Below are positions 11,438 to 22,411 of a stretch of DNA of 64,000 bases, piece after piece (within the stretch, counting starts at the first letter, position 1; each line of letters begins with the position of its first letter). The notes under the pieces were generated by a model. The model was given only the letters and a program-made list of their open reading frames with translations, was not told the DNA's origin and searched no databases. The stretch is from Tortispora ganteri (taxonomy: Eukaryota). The translations under genes were made by a program, and so were the position numbers. The stretch is from contig PPNB01000009.1 of the NCBI GenBank assembly GCA_003707115.1, forward strand, positions 1 to 64,000, in the 5' to 3' direction.

Positions 11438-11520
11438 TGGCAGTGGTGGGGGTTTTGGGAGTGAAAGCAGTGAACCTCGGAGGCATGTATTCTTTTACAG
11501 TGTTTATGCCGCTGGCGAGA

Positions 11521-12100
11521 ATGCGTACAGCCAGGAAGCTGGTTGATTATGCTATACTTAGGTCGTTCTTTAGCGCTAGTAAGCAAACGCATTCAATTTC
11601 TAAGGTGTTGCCGTAAGTAGAGAAAGTTGGCAATAGTCCGCATGAAATAACCCATTCTAATCTAACTTAATAGCCATTCACCGCTGTTCATGTACGCGAT
11701 AATCTCAAATGTTGATAGCTATTCGGAGTTTATTCCATATTGCATAGAATCTAAAGTTACTGCAAAAGATAGTAAAACTGGCCAGCCCGCTGCTGCTACT
11801 CTTAGAGTAGGATGGGAAAACTTCGACGAGTCCTTCGAAAGCAAACTCACATGCGTAACTCCGCATACTGTGATCGCTGAAGCGTTAAATAACAGCCTAT
11901 TTGATATATTATACTCTGAATGGACTTTAAAACCGATACCCGCTAAACCAAATCTTACCAAAGTGCATCTTAATCTTGTCTTCAAGTTCAACAACCCGAT
12001 CTACAACACTGTGTCTAACGTTTTCGCACCTACAGTCACTGATCTCATGATTAGAGCGTTCACTAATAGAGCTAAACAACTAGACAGTGAAAATATGTAA
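11521..12100 (+). CDS. COQ10: Coenzyme Q-binding START-domain protein, spliced join(11521..11612,11674..12100); alternative in-frame ATGs at 11485 and 11506
   Basis: Intron 11613..11673 (GTAAGT...TCTAAC...TAG). Splicing gives KVLPHSPLFMYAIISNVDSYSEFIPYC in frame and adds a mitochondrial-presequence-like N-terminus. Confidence 0.88.
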
Positions 12101-12129
12101 ATATTACCTCATATCAAATAAGTAAATAG

Positions 12130-14493
12130 CTAAATCATCATTCGTTCGAGAGTGTAGTCAATAATAGACCCCTCTTCCTGCAGTCGTGTGATCCTATCGA
12201 CATGCTTCTCCGTATACGGGATTAGCGCGTCTGCTAATTGCTTGAACCCTTTTAGTTTTGCAAGTTCGGTCATTTTATATGATCTCAATATGACGTGTAG
12301 CAGTCTCTGCGCAACAATAGACGTCCTCGCATTTGTGTTCCAATCTCTAATGTACCTTAGAAGTGACGCAAGCTGTTCGCTCGATAAATGGCTCACAACG
12401 TCGTCCACCGTTCGCAGTCCCAGAACGCTATCCTCTTCCTGTCCGTCTGTTATCACATTCAAAAACAGGTTCAGTAGCTTCATAGGGTAGTCCATCGACA
12501 TTGCCGTCAGTATGGCATTCTTCCAATCCTTCTTGAAAAGGTAGTTATTCAGTTCCTGTTCTTGCTCAACTTGTTTCGCTCGCTTCAGCTCACCTTCAGC
12601 AATCTTCTCCTGAGTTACATCAGTCCAAAATGTAAGTACAGAGTCACCTGATCCTGAAACTAGCACTCTGCCGTCCTCTTTAGCCGCCAGCGACCATACC
12701 TTATCTTCATGGGCATCTATAGTGACATCGCACTCACCGCTTTTCACATTCCATACTTTTATCAATCCTTCACCGCCAGATGTAGCCAATTGACGTCCTT
12801 CAGTTATAAATAGAACTCGTAGAACAGAGTTGGAATGCCCTTCGAATGTCTTCAGACAGGTATAGTCGTTCAGGTTCCATAACTTAGCAGTCATGTCCCC
12901 GCTACAAGTAGCAATGAATTTATCAAATTTGCTGTATTTCACACTCCATACTCCTCGTTTATGTCCCTTAAGTATTCCAATAGTCTCGCCGCTGTCAGTG
13001 TCCCATATCTTGACGCTTCGGTCTTGACTCGCGGTGGCAAACGTTTTGTCGTTAGGAGCAACGTCAATGGCATTAATATCCTTGTCATGCGCTTTTCTAG
13101 TATACAAGGCTTTGCATGCAGAGCCGTTATCCAAGTCCAATTGCCACACCTTGACCGTCAAATCTTGCGAGCCGGTTACAATGAAGGGAGGTGGGTCTGT
13201 AGGTCGGCGTCCCTGCAGCTTCGCAAAGCAGACAGCGCCCACAGACCCAGCATGACCTATCAGATTAGCCTTGATGGTGTGATCATTATTCTCAAGGTCC
13301 ATGCGCCACACTATGGCAGTGTTGTCCTTAGAAGATGACGCTAACCACTTACCGTCAACGGAGCGGTCCAGACTGATCACGACATCCTTGTGCCCACGGA
13401 GAGTGTTGTGTTCAAATCCGTTAGAGCTAAGCAGCCGTATAACAGCAGAATTTGCAGCAATAGCTACACGTTGATCTTTCTCACCAATGAACGTGCAATC
13501 TATAATCTCCGCGTGGTGACCAGCCATACGGCGAATTTCCGTTATTTTTTGCTGGCATATTTCCATATCGACGATTGTCTGATCAGAAAGCACGACTATC
13601 ATTCTATTATGGCCATCATATACTATTTGTGAAACACCGATCTCCTCTTCACTGCTTTCGGCTTCAGGTATTGAACACAGGATCTCTTCACTGGTTGCGA
13701 TGTTCCATGTTCTCACAGAACCGTCCATGCCGCCAGAGTACACAATTAGGTCAGATGACTTTTTTGAGAGTTCTGCACTTAGAAACCCAACAGTTTCAAG
13801 AGAAGAGTGCACAGGAATAGTGCGCTGCAGCTTATGTGATTTCGTATCCCAGACGCAGATGACTCTGTCACGTCCGCCTGAAACAAGAACAGAGGCGTCG
13901 GTGCTGAAATCTAAACCTCGTATGACACTAGTGTGTCCATCCAGAACTGCGATGCATTTTCTAGACACCAAATCCCATATTCTTACGGTACAATCGTCAG
14001 CACCAGATGCCAACCACCATTTTGAGCCGCCAGATTCTCCCCAAATCTTCAATGCACTAATGACACCGCGGTGGCCTTTGAGGTTGTGTGTAGCAAACCC
14101 GCCTTCTATATCCCATACCTTTATAGATCCATCAGAAGCGCCACTCGCAAGAAGAGTCGACGTGTCATCCGTTGCAGATACAATTACCGGTGCAGTGTGT
14201 GCCTTTACTTTGCGCACAAGTGTGCAGCTAGGCAGTTTGTACGTAGACATCTGAAAGGATCGTGAAAACACTACAAGGTACTGGGCCGAGTGAGTTAATG
14301 AAAGAGATGTCACTAGCTCGCCGTCGCCTTCAATTCGTGCGATCTCTTCACCTGTCGATAACTTCACTATAGCGACATCTTCCCCGATCGGTGTGACAAG
14401 CAGATCCTTGTCGTAACTTACAGCAAGCGTTCCACCGCTATATATCGGATTTAGACTGTGTGCTTTGAAATCACTTCTTAGCAGCGTAGCCAT
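12130..14493 (-). CDS. UTP13: U3 snoRNP / SSU processome WD40 protein
   Basis: Many WD40 repeats (THNLKGH, AHDKDIN, GHKRGVW) plus the Utp13 C-terminal motif RDWNTNAR. Confidence 0.95.
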   Translation of the reverse strand: MATLLRSDFKAHSLNPIYSGGTLAVSYDKDLLVTPIGEDVAIVKLSTGEEIARIEGDGELVTSLSLTHSAQYLVVFSRSFQMSTYKLPSCTLVRKVKAHTAPVIVSATDDTSTLLASGASDGSIKVWDIEGGFATHNLKGHRGVISALKIWGESGGSKWWLASGADDCTVRIWDLVSRKCIAVLDGHTSVIRGLDFSTDASVLVSGGRDRVICVWDTKSHKLQRTIPVHSSLETVGFLSAELSKKSSDLIVYSGGMDGSVRTWNIATSEEILCSIPEAESSEEEIGVSQIVYDGHNRMIVVLSDQTIVDMEICQQKITEIRRMAGHHAEIIDCTFIGEKDQRVAIAANSAVIRLLSSNGFEHNTLRGHKDVVISLDRSVDGKWLASSSKDNTAIVWRMDLENNDHTIKANLIGHAGSVGAVCFAKLQGRRPTDPPPFIVTGSQDLTVKVWQLDLDNGSACKALYTRKAHDKDINAIDVAPNDKTFATASQDRSVKIWDTDSGETIGILKGHKRGVWSVKYSKFDKFIATCSGDMTAKLWNLNDYTCLKTFEGHSNSVLRVLFITEGRQLATSGGEGLIKVWNVKSGECDVTIDAHEDKVWSLAAKEDGRVLVSGSGDSVLTFWTDVTQEKIAEGELKRAKQVEQEQELNNYLFKKDWKNAILTAMSMDYPMKLLNLFLNVITDGQEEDSVLGLRTVDDVVSHLSSEQLASLLRYIRDWNTNARTSIVAQRLLHVILRSYKMTELAKLKGFKQLADALIPYTEKHVDRITRLQEEGSIIDYTLERMMI

Positions 14494-14737
14494 TCTTTAT
14501 CGAAACAAAAGAAAACAGAAGAAAACGCTGCGTTAAGTTCAAAAACCAGAAAGTAAAATACGGTGCGATCGATTTTTCTTTCTTGGTGTATGGAATTTTT
14601 TCTCTCGAGGTGGGAACTGCCTAAATAGGTAAATTTTAACTTGTTAATTAGTAAAACGTTGGAACCGCGAGCCCCGAGGCGCCATTACTTCGAATAAAAC
14701 GCTTGCGATAAGATCCGCAAAGAAAATCTAATATTTT

Positions 14738-17152
14738 ATGGTATTCAGTCGCAGAGCAAAAGTCAAAGCGTCAAAGAATTTAACGGTAAGCGAATCGGAT
14801 AGCTATTCTGAGGACGCCGCTTCTGATGGATCAGAGTATCACACTTCGCTAGAGAGCGATGACTCAGATGGCGACAAGGACGTTATAGAATACGATTCAT
14901 CGTCTACGGATGTGGAAATCGTGGAACCTCAACCTAAGAAAAGGAAAGTTAAAGCTAAGAAGGAAGTCAAAGATGAAGAGGAGGCCGTTCTATCTGAGGC
15001 AGAGCCAGAAGCCTGGATCTTCGAGCCGACACCACTCCATCCATTAGCTCCAGATTTTTCTGAACCTCTTACAAGAGTGAAAACTCCACCAAAGAAGAAC
15101 CCAGATGGATCGAAACGTGAAAGGATGACAGAAAAACCTGAAAAGGAGGATTTTGAAAAGAAAATCGACTATCTTCGTGAGCTGCAGCGGTACATGGTTG
15201 ATAATAAATCGGCCAGAGTAGCGACCTTTTATTTATACCGTCAGCATCCGCAGCTGCTTGGTCTATTAACAGAGGAAGAGCCAAGGGAACCAGTTATTCC
15301 GATAGATCAACCTAAAGACATTGTAACGCCATTATTGCCGTTCCAACGAGAAGGTGTAGCGTGGCTGCTGCGACAGGAACGCGATCCGAAGTACAAAGGC
15401 GGTATTCTTGCAGATGAAATGGGTATGGGCAAAACTATACAGATGATATCACTATTTGCTACTGAACCACGCCGATCGCCAAACCTTGTTATATGTCCTA
15501 CAGTTGCACTTATTCAGTGGAAGAATGAGATAGATCAGCATTCGGGCGGCAAACTCAAGACTTTAATATATTACGGTGCGAAGAGAGACAAAACTACAGT
15601 AAATTTTGCTGATTATGATGTCGTTCTTACCACATATGCAACTATTGAATCGTCATATCGCAAGCAGCAGTCTGGAACTAAACGTCGAGGGATGATGGTC
15701 AAGGCACTGAGCTCGCTCCACAATACCAAGTTCGAGCGGATTGTGCTAGATGAAGCGCATAACGTTAAAAGTCGAGCAAATAACACGACAAGGGCTGTTA
15801 TCAAACTAGAAGGCGAATCAAAGTTTTGTTTGAGTGGTACACCGCTCCAGAATCGTATAGGCGAACTTTACTCTCTTATCCGCTTCATGAAGATTTACCC
15901 GTATGCTTACTACTTCTGCAGAAGATGTTCCTGCGAGAAGTCTGTGTGGGGCCATCAGTATTGCGATAAGTGTGGCTGTCACGGTACCGGACACAATGCC
16001 TGGTTCATGGCGGAGATTCAGAATCCTATTCAGCGCGCCACCACTAACGAAGATGCTCGTGAACCTATGGTGAAACTTCACCGATTACTGAAACAGATCT
16101 CGCTGCGGAGAACAAAAATTGAGCGTTCAGAGGATTTGGGTTTGCCTCCACGAATTGTACGCGTCAGGAAGGATTTTTTCAGCCCGGAAGAACTTGATTT
16201 TTACAGAAGCATTTATGATGATTCACGTCGCCAGTTTGACGTTTATGCGAACAAAGGTGTGGTTCTAAACAACTACGCCAATATTTTTACGCTAATTATG
16301 CGAATGAGACAGGTAGCGGATCATCCGGACCTTTGTCTTCGTAGTGACTCCGCTATTGCACAGGGTCTCACTGAAGTGGAAAAGAGAATGATCTGCAAAC
16401 TGTGCGATGAAGAAGCAGAAGAGCCTATTGAGTCGAAATGTCATCATGTTTTCTGCCGTGCATGTATAACGAACTACGTTGAGAGCTTTGATTTTGATTT
16501 AGCCAAGCTGCAATGTCCTGTGTGCCACGTTGGATTGTCCATCGATCTCGAAGCGCCCGCGCTCATATTTCCTTCGGAGTTTACAGGTAGAAGTATTGTT
16601 GACAGGATCGACACAAGCAGATGGCGGAGTTCAACCAAAATAGAGGCACTCGTGGAAGAACTGTATCGCCTACGCAGCAAGAAAGTAACAATAAAGTCGA
16701 TCGTCTTCTCGCAGTTCACTAACATGCTTGATCTAATTGATTGGCGACTGAAAAGAGCAGGTTTTGAGACCGTCAGATTACAGGGAGGAATGACTCCTGC
16801 ACAGAGGGACAATTCTATCAAATATTTCATGAATAATGTTCACGCAGAGGTGTTTTTAGTGTCGCTGAAAGCTGGTGGTGTCGCTCTTAATCTATGCGAA
16901 GCGTCGCAGGTGTTCATAATGGATCCTTGGTGGAACCCCAGCGTTGAGTGGCAATCTGGAGACCGTGTGCATCGTATTGGCCAGTACAGACCTGTCCGTA
17001 TTACTCGACTGATAATAGAAGACAGTATAGAGTCTAGAATTGTGGAGCTACAGGAAAAGAAAGCTAATATGATTCAGGCCACGTTGGCGCAAGACGAAGG
17101 CGCACTAAACAGACTAACACCTGCTGACATGCAATTCCTCTTCTCCTCCTAA
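14738..17152 (+). CDS. RAD16: SNF2-family RING-containing NER ATPase
   Basis: [36 protein letters not shown]3HC4 [14 protein letters not shown], end [10 protein letters not shown]. Confidence 0.95.
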   Translation: MVFSRRAKVKASKNLTVSESDSYSEDAASDGSEYHTSLESDDSDGDKDVIEYDSSSTDVEIVEPQPKKRKVKAKKEVKDEEEAVLSEAEPEAWIFEPTPLHPLAPDFSEPLTRVKTPPKKNPDGSKRERMTEKPEKEDFEKKIDYLRELQRYMVDNKSARVATFYLYRQHPQLLGLLTEEEPREPVIPIDQPKDIVTPLLPFQREGVAWLLRQERDPKYKGGILADEMGMGKTIQMISLFATEPRRSPNLVICPTVALIQWKNEIDQHSGGKLKTLIYYGAKRDKTTVNFADYDVVLTTYATIESSYRKQQSGTKRRGMMVKALSSLHNTKFERIVLDEAHNVKSRANNTTRAVIKLEGESKFCLSGTPLQNRIGELYSLIRFMKIYPYAYYFCRRCSCEKSVWGHQYCDKCGCHGTGHNAWFMAEIQNPIQRATTNEDAREPMVKLHRLLKQISLRRTKIERSEDLGLPPRIVRVRKDFFSPEELDFYRSIYDDSRRQFDVYANKGVVLNNYANIFTLIMRMRQVADHPDLCLRSDSAIAQGLTEVEKRMICKLCDEEAEEPIESKCHHVFCRACITNYVESFDFDLAKLQCPVCHVGLSIDLEAPALIFPSEFTGRSIVDRIDTSRWRSSTKIEALVEELYRLRSKKVTIKSIVFSQFTNMLDLIDWRLKRAGFETVRLQGGMTPAQRDNSIKYFMNNVHAEVFLVSLKAGGVALNLCEASQVFIMDPWWNPSVEWQSGDRVHRIGQYRPVRITRLIIEDSIESRIVELQEKKANMIQATLAQDEGALNRLTPADMQFLFSS

Positions 17153-17193
17153 TAAACATGTAAATACGATAATAGAAAGAAAAACATAGTATA

Positions 17194-18267
17194 TTAGATA
17201 GCAAATATTACTATTTTGCCATCGATTCCAGCAGTACAAATCTTTGTGACCTTGCCACCCGAAGATTCGAAAGGTCTTACAACAGTGATAGTGTTCTGGT
17301 GTATAGTGGGTAGCATGCTGTCGGACTGTTCAGACCCTTTGAGATCAAGTCGTCGGAACATGCTCAAAGCAGAATTATCACCACTAGTAGTTTTTGAGGA
17401 GGTTTCAGGATCGTCAAGCGAACGTTCTTGCTTCCATCCACTCTCGTCGCCGGAAAAGATAACGGGGTGGCAAGCGAATCCTGCGGCGACAAGCGAAGTC
17501 TCAGAAATCCAAGTCAGTGTTTTGAAGGGAAGGATGTCTGTCTTCACGTTGATAACCGCACGCGGAGCCTGTTCTGGGCCAGAGGGATAGACTACAGTGA
17601 CGGAAGCGTCGTGGGCACAATATGCCAGAGAGTCTCCGGAGGGGGAGAACGCCACATCGTGGACCCACGAACCGGTTTCATTAGTGAATTCTCCGCAGAG
17701 TGTCTGAAATGGAATGCGCTCACCCCAGGCAGTGGGTGCAGGGCGTTCATCGACTCCTTTAATGTAGGCTGAAAACACGCGAGCGTATCCGTCGGTCGAG
17801 GCTGCGGCCAGAAGAACGGAGTTAGGGTGCCAGTTTATGTTAAGTACAGTTGAGTGAAGAGGTTTCTTTATATGCTTTGATACCCACCAGTCGTTTTCCT
17901 CTTCGAAGTAGCAAATCGCAATTAAGCGGGCGCCAGAACCAACGGCAAACTTGCGCTCGTCTGGTGACCAGCGAACAGACGTCGCTGCCCGATTGATTCT
18001 CAACAGCACCAAACTCGGCTTCCACTCACCAGAAGCATCTCGATCCCATACTAAAGCGTTTCTGTCTTGCGAACAAGTGACAATTCTTCCTGAGGGAGAT
18101 ATGTCTATACCCGTAACAGTTTTATCGTGCTCGGTGAGAGTATGGGACAGTTTGAAGTTGTTGTAGAGCTCAACGTTAGATGCACGCGGTACGGCAAGCA
18201 GGTCCCTGTTCGCCGAAAAAGCAAAATCGCCAATTGGATAATGACCTAATTGGTGTATTTCAGGCAT
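17194..18267 (-). CDS. ARC40: Arp2/3 complex subunit 1 (ARPC1)
   Basis: CSQDRNA, LVLLRINRAA, ENDWWVSKHIKKP, TIHQNTI. Confidence 0.95.
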   Translation of the reverse strand: MPEIHQLGHYPIGDFAFSANRDLLAVPRASNVELYNNFKLSHTLTEHDKTVTGIDISPSGRIVTCSQDRNALVWDRDASGEWKPSLVLLRINRAATSVRWSPDERKFAVGSGARLIAICYFEEENDWWVSKHIKKPLHSTVLNINWHPNSVLLAAASTDGYARVFSAYIKGVDERPAPTAWGERIPFQTLCGEFTNETGSWVHDVAFSPSGDSLAYCAHDASVTVVYPSGPEQAPRAVINVKTDILPFKTLTWISETSLVAAGFACHPVIFSGDESGWKQERSLDDPETSSKTTSGDNSALSMFRRLDLKGSEQSDSMLPTIHQNTITVVRPFESSGGKVTKICTAGIDGKIVIFAI

Positions 18268-18392
18268 TTATAATTTCTTAAATTGGCAGGAGTATGACCG
18301 CTCTACTGCGCAATGTCCAGAGGTAAGTGGCTAGGGTCGGGTAGTGGTGGTATTTAGCATGACAACCCTACCGTGCCTGCCGCGATGCAATT

Positions 18393-18860
18393 ATGGACTA
18401 TGCCGCATTCAAAGAAGGAATCGACGCATTGGCTTGCGATCGAATTGGTGAAATAGTGCAGTACAAGTTACCGGTTACTTCTGAAGATGTAGTGGCTCTT
18501 AAGTTCGAACAACAGGACGGAGAATGCAGGATTGTGTACTATGTGCTCTATTCTGAAGAGTTTCTTTGTCCAGTAATATACTTTGACGTGTACCTACAAC
18601 GCGACGATGGTTCAATGGAAATAAACAGTGTAGAAACGATACAATATCAGCTAGCGAAATGGTCTACAAACATGCAGGAGAAGCCGGTAATAAGCAGCGG
18701 TATTCACCCGGTCACTTTGCTCTCATCGAGCTTTGTGCACCCATGTATGTCGAGCGAAATGAGCAAAGCCTTTGGTTGGGCTCAGCTAACTGCTCATCAA
18801 CAGATTACACACTGGCTAGAAGTGTATGGATCGGCTGTCGGCCTTAGGCTCTCTTATTGA
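18393..18860 (+). CDS. ATG10: Autophagy E2-like enzyme
   Basis: YSEEFLCPVIYF, HPV...FVHPC catalytic motif, terminal WL..YG..VGL. Confidence 0.8.
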   Translation: MDYAAFKEGIDALACDRIGEIVQYKLPVTSEDVVALKFEQQDGECRIVYYVLYSEEFLCPVIYFDVYLQRDDGSMEINSVETIQYQLAKWSTNMQEKPVISSGIHPVTLLSSSFVHPCMSSEMSKAFGWAQLTAHQQITHWLEVYGSAVGLRLSY

Positions 18861-20187
18861 GCAGTCTCAGGCCTTTCACCACAACAGCAATAGAAGCACC
18901 CGCTAACACTGTATTCACGACGGCGCTCAGGATCTTGGTGTGCAGTTTCTCTGTACTGTAAGCTAGTGAGTACGGTATATCCGGTCGAAAAGTGACCATG
19001 GTGTAAAGTCTGAGCCATCTATCTTTTAGAACTCTTTCCAAAACCCGTTCCAGCGAGCGTCGGACAAGAAAATGCCAGTCTTGGACACCGCGCCGCATCT
19101 CATCGTAATTCGCCATTGAAAGGTCGCATATAGCAACCAGATCTTTGTGTCTGCTAGCGGTGTATAAATCATATCCGTCTTTCAGTGATTTTTTCGTCTC
19201 GAGAATGTGCATAAGAACCTTGACGTCTTCAAATCCGGCGTTCATTCCTTGCCCGTAAAACGGCACCTGCGCGTGTGAGGCGTCACCAATAATGATGCCT
19301 TTACCACTGTGGTTGTAAGGTGTGCACTTTATGCTCACTAGCGATCCTCGCGGATAATTGTGGTAAATGTATTTCAGTCTAGCTTCGCCTACCAGGCTCA
19401 CGGCATCCGGGAAGTTTGTAGAAAAGAAACTCATAAACGAGTCCTCCGTATTGAGTTCGTCAAAAACAGATGCAGGCGCAAATAGAGTGGCTGTGAATGA
19501 CTTGTCAGCGTTAGGTAAAGCAATGAGCATGAAATCGCCCCTTGGCCAGATATGTAATCTGTTGGGGTGTAGCATGAAATCATTGGATTCGGACGCAGGT
19601 ATAGACAATTCGAGATACATATGAGGGATATATATCTGCTGAAAATTCATTCTTTCGGCTCGCATTATATGATTTCTCACAGTCGAGAAAGTTCCATCAG
19701 CCCCGATAACAGAGGTAAAGCCCCCAATATTGCAAAATTCTTCGCCGCACTGAAAATTCAGTTCCATCAAACTCCAGTCGATTCGTTTCAATTTATGATT
19801 AAATTTCACTGTAACTCCTGTTTTTTCAAGCTCATCTAACAATAAACCATTCAACAGAGTTCGGTCAATGGAATTTATACTCTCACCGTACAAGCCATAA
19901 GGCTGGTAGGCCTTCTTTCCATCAAGGGAGTGGATCAACCGTCCTGACATTGGAATCATGTGTTTTGCAATCGACTTGAGAGCATCTGGTGCTATTTCAG
20001 CTAGTGTCGAAATTCCTCTTGCTGAGATAGCCAAATTGATAGATCGACGTCCTTCAAGCGCAGTTTCATCTACTCTGAGATCACTTCTGGCTTCAAACAC
20101 TACAACTTCATATCCTAGCTTTGTAAAAGCCAATGCTGCGACTGATCCCACTAGTCCGGCACCCACAATTGCAATCTTTTCGCTCAT
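18844..20187 (-). CDS. BNA4: Kynurenine 3-monooxygenase
   Basis: GAGLVG, RSINLAISARG, LHIWPR, GDASHAQVPFYGQGMN. Confidence 0.96.
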   Translation of the reverse strand: MSEKIAIVGAGLVGSVAALAFTKLGYEVVVFEARSDLRVDETALEGRRSINLAISARGISTLAEIAPDALKSIAKHMIPMSGRLIHSLDGKKAYQPYGLYGESINSIDRTLLNGLLLDELEKTGVTVKFNHKLKRIDWSLMELNFQCGEEFCNIGGFTSVIGADGTFSTVRNHIMRAERMNFQQIYIPHMYLELSIPASESNDFMLHPNRLHIWPRGDFMLIALPNADKSFTATLFAPASVFDELNTEDSFMSFFSTNFPDAVSLVGEARLKYIYHNYPRGSLVSIKCTPYNHSGKGIIIGDASHAQVPFYGQGMNAGFEDVKVLMHILETKKSLKDGYDLYTASRHKDLVAICDLSMANYDEMRRGVQDWHFLVRRSLERVLERVLKDRWLRLYTMVTFRPDIPYSLAYSTEKLHTKILSAVVNTVLAGASIAVVVKGLRLLNKRA

Positions 20188-20505
20188 ATTGTAGTATTCC
20201 GAAAGCGATAGCTGATAAATTATTTTCTAGCAATTAAAGGTAAGGTATACTCGATTTGGCCGCTGTTAATACCGCAATAAGTTGCATGACAATGTAGCAA
20301 GAGTGATCGTTCAGATCGCTATAAAGAGCCGGGTAACTCGGCCTTATAAAAACTGATTTTTTCATCGTCACAATTTACCTAACTTTTCATTCACCTCTGT
20401 ACTTTATAAGAGAATTTAATATCAATAAATATCTTGAGAATTATGTTTCTTTTTGACACGACGCCAAGTACATGCTTAGTCGATTGTAAATGAGTGAAAG
20501 GATAC

Positions 20506-20602
20506 TGTCATATGATGTTATTTTGCTGTGCACCAGTCGGAAAGACGGTTTACTCGCTGTCAAATGAAGTGAAATTCCAACCTTTAAGCACTACTGATGA
20601 CA
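20506..20602 (+). ncRNA. Box C/D snoRNA, snR40-like
   Basis: Terminal stem TGTCA/TGACA; box C ATGATGT 20512-18; guide GCTGTGCACCAG 20525-36 complementary to 18S rRNA UGGUGCAUGGC; D' CGGA; C' ATGAAGT; box D CTGA 20594-97. Confidence 0.8.
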
Positions 20603-20707
20603 AGTCTCCTTTTACTTAATTTATAATGTTTTAGTTCTTCTGGCAGCTTACAACTGCAAGCAGTTCGATCGACAGCTGACTTTGGCAATCGTAAACATTC
20701 TCATAAC

Positions 20708-22231
20708 CTATTGTAGTTGTCGTAACTTCGTTAATAACTGTTCCATTTCCCCTTTACGCGCTTCAACCAACTCTCTTTGTAAAGCCGAATCTAAATGGAT
20801 CCACATAGCTTTGAGCATGCCAGACACATGTTTTCCTGAAACATGAGTCAGAACGGGTAGAAAATCAACTTCCGAACTTTTCATTTCTAGCGCCCATAAC
20901 GCGGTTGTACTCAAAAGGTAAGCTTCTGTGGTTCTCTTCTCTTGAGAAAGCTTTTCTGCATGTGCTAGTAAGCCAGTTACTTGTTCCTTATTGAACTGTT
21001 TCAGGTCAGACACCGATAATTTGTATTTCTTTTGTAGCGCCCCAGCAAGAGAGCCGAGATCAGAGCCTGTGACTTTGACTATAGGATCTTTAGTTATTCC
21101 AGATAAGATACTTTCTTGCAAATCTTTAAGTGAGTCAGGAAGTGATATAGCAGCCCAGCATGAAATTAGCAGTTCAGAGGCTCTTGTTCGTACGAGTCGT
21201 TTCTGTTCTTCAAGTTCGCATGCTTTCCAGGAGCTTGACATTGCATTGTAAGCCCTTTTCACGATCCATCTGTTTTTGCGCAAGCGTTCGCCTATCTCGT
21301 ATGCCAATGCCAAATTGAATTTCCGCTTGTTCTCAAGTTTATAAGTCATGATAGTGGCTTCTACGAGGTCACGGATCTCGATGTCCAGTGAATTCTTGTT
21401 CATGATGTAACCATCCGTCACTTGACAATCAGGAAGGTACGTAGCAATAGAACTGTCCACTTTGAGAGACTCCAGACTCAGAGGAGAGTAAGCAAGTTGA
21501 GCGATTTCCGCTAGTTTTGTATTAGAAATGATGCAACTATCTAGAACCTTAGAATCAGAGATACTATGTGGGTCTATAGTTTGCATTTTGGCTAGCGGCA
21601 CAATGCCAGTCGACCTTAATTCTGCAACTATGCTGTTTCTCTGGTCGTCAATAGACACTAGAGGTTTGTAAATGTTTCCAAGGATCTTGAACCCGTTCCG
21701 TCGCGCAATAATTGCATCAATATCAGAGAGAGTTAGCGGTTCTGTGGCGCTTGTAAGCTTTTCTTGGAGCGATACTGATCGTTTTTCCAGGTACTCGCGC
21801 CCAAAAAGGACAGTAGAGTCAAGTATTACGTCAGCGAGAGAGATGGAAAGATCTTTGACGAAGTTGAGAGGTAGCTGATTATCGGCACTCCATTTGACAA
21901 GTTCGACCGGGTGATCTTGTAGATCTGAAGACAATAAGTGAGCTAGTCGGTCGATTTCATTAGAAGAATACACTACGCCTAAATGAGTAATAGCGCCGCT
22001 GGACGCTATGTAGTCAACAACTACAGTGACAGGCACCTGTAAAGCGGCAGATATTTCGCCAGGCGTTGATTTGTCAACTGAATTGAGGTAATTAGCGATC
22101 AAGCTGTTGATCCATTCACGCGTAGCCAGCCCTCCGTTTACAGCGAACAGTTCGCTATTGTAAGTAAGAAGATCAGAGATGTTGGCTAGATCGGCCTCTG
22201 AGACTGTTGGTTCTCTCCTGAGAAAGTTCAT
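20708..22231 (-). CDS. Uncharacterised protein with a candidate divergent UFL1-like (winged-helix repeat) N-terminal region
   Basis: Long ORF with first ATG at 22231. By-eye similarity to the UFL1 N-terminal region (see findings). The CDS is well supported; the family call is tentative. Confidence 0.6.
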   Translation of the reverse strand: [507 protein letters not shown]

Positions 22232-22411
22232 CAAATGTGGCAAATAAGTGTAGGCAAGAACGAAAAAAAAGGGAGAGCTGGTACGCAAATAGTACTCTAA
22301 GAGTACTAGCTGTGGTTTTTGTTAAGCCGATATTCGATGAAGAGTGTGAATGTCACGTGATCAAATATAGCAACTTTCGATGGCTCTATTCCTGTATTTA
22401 GTAGCATACAC

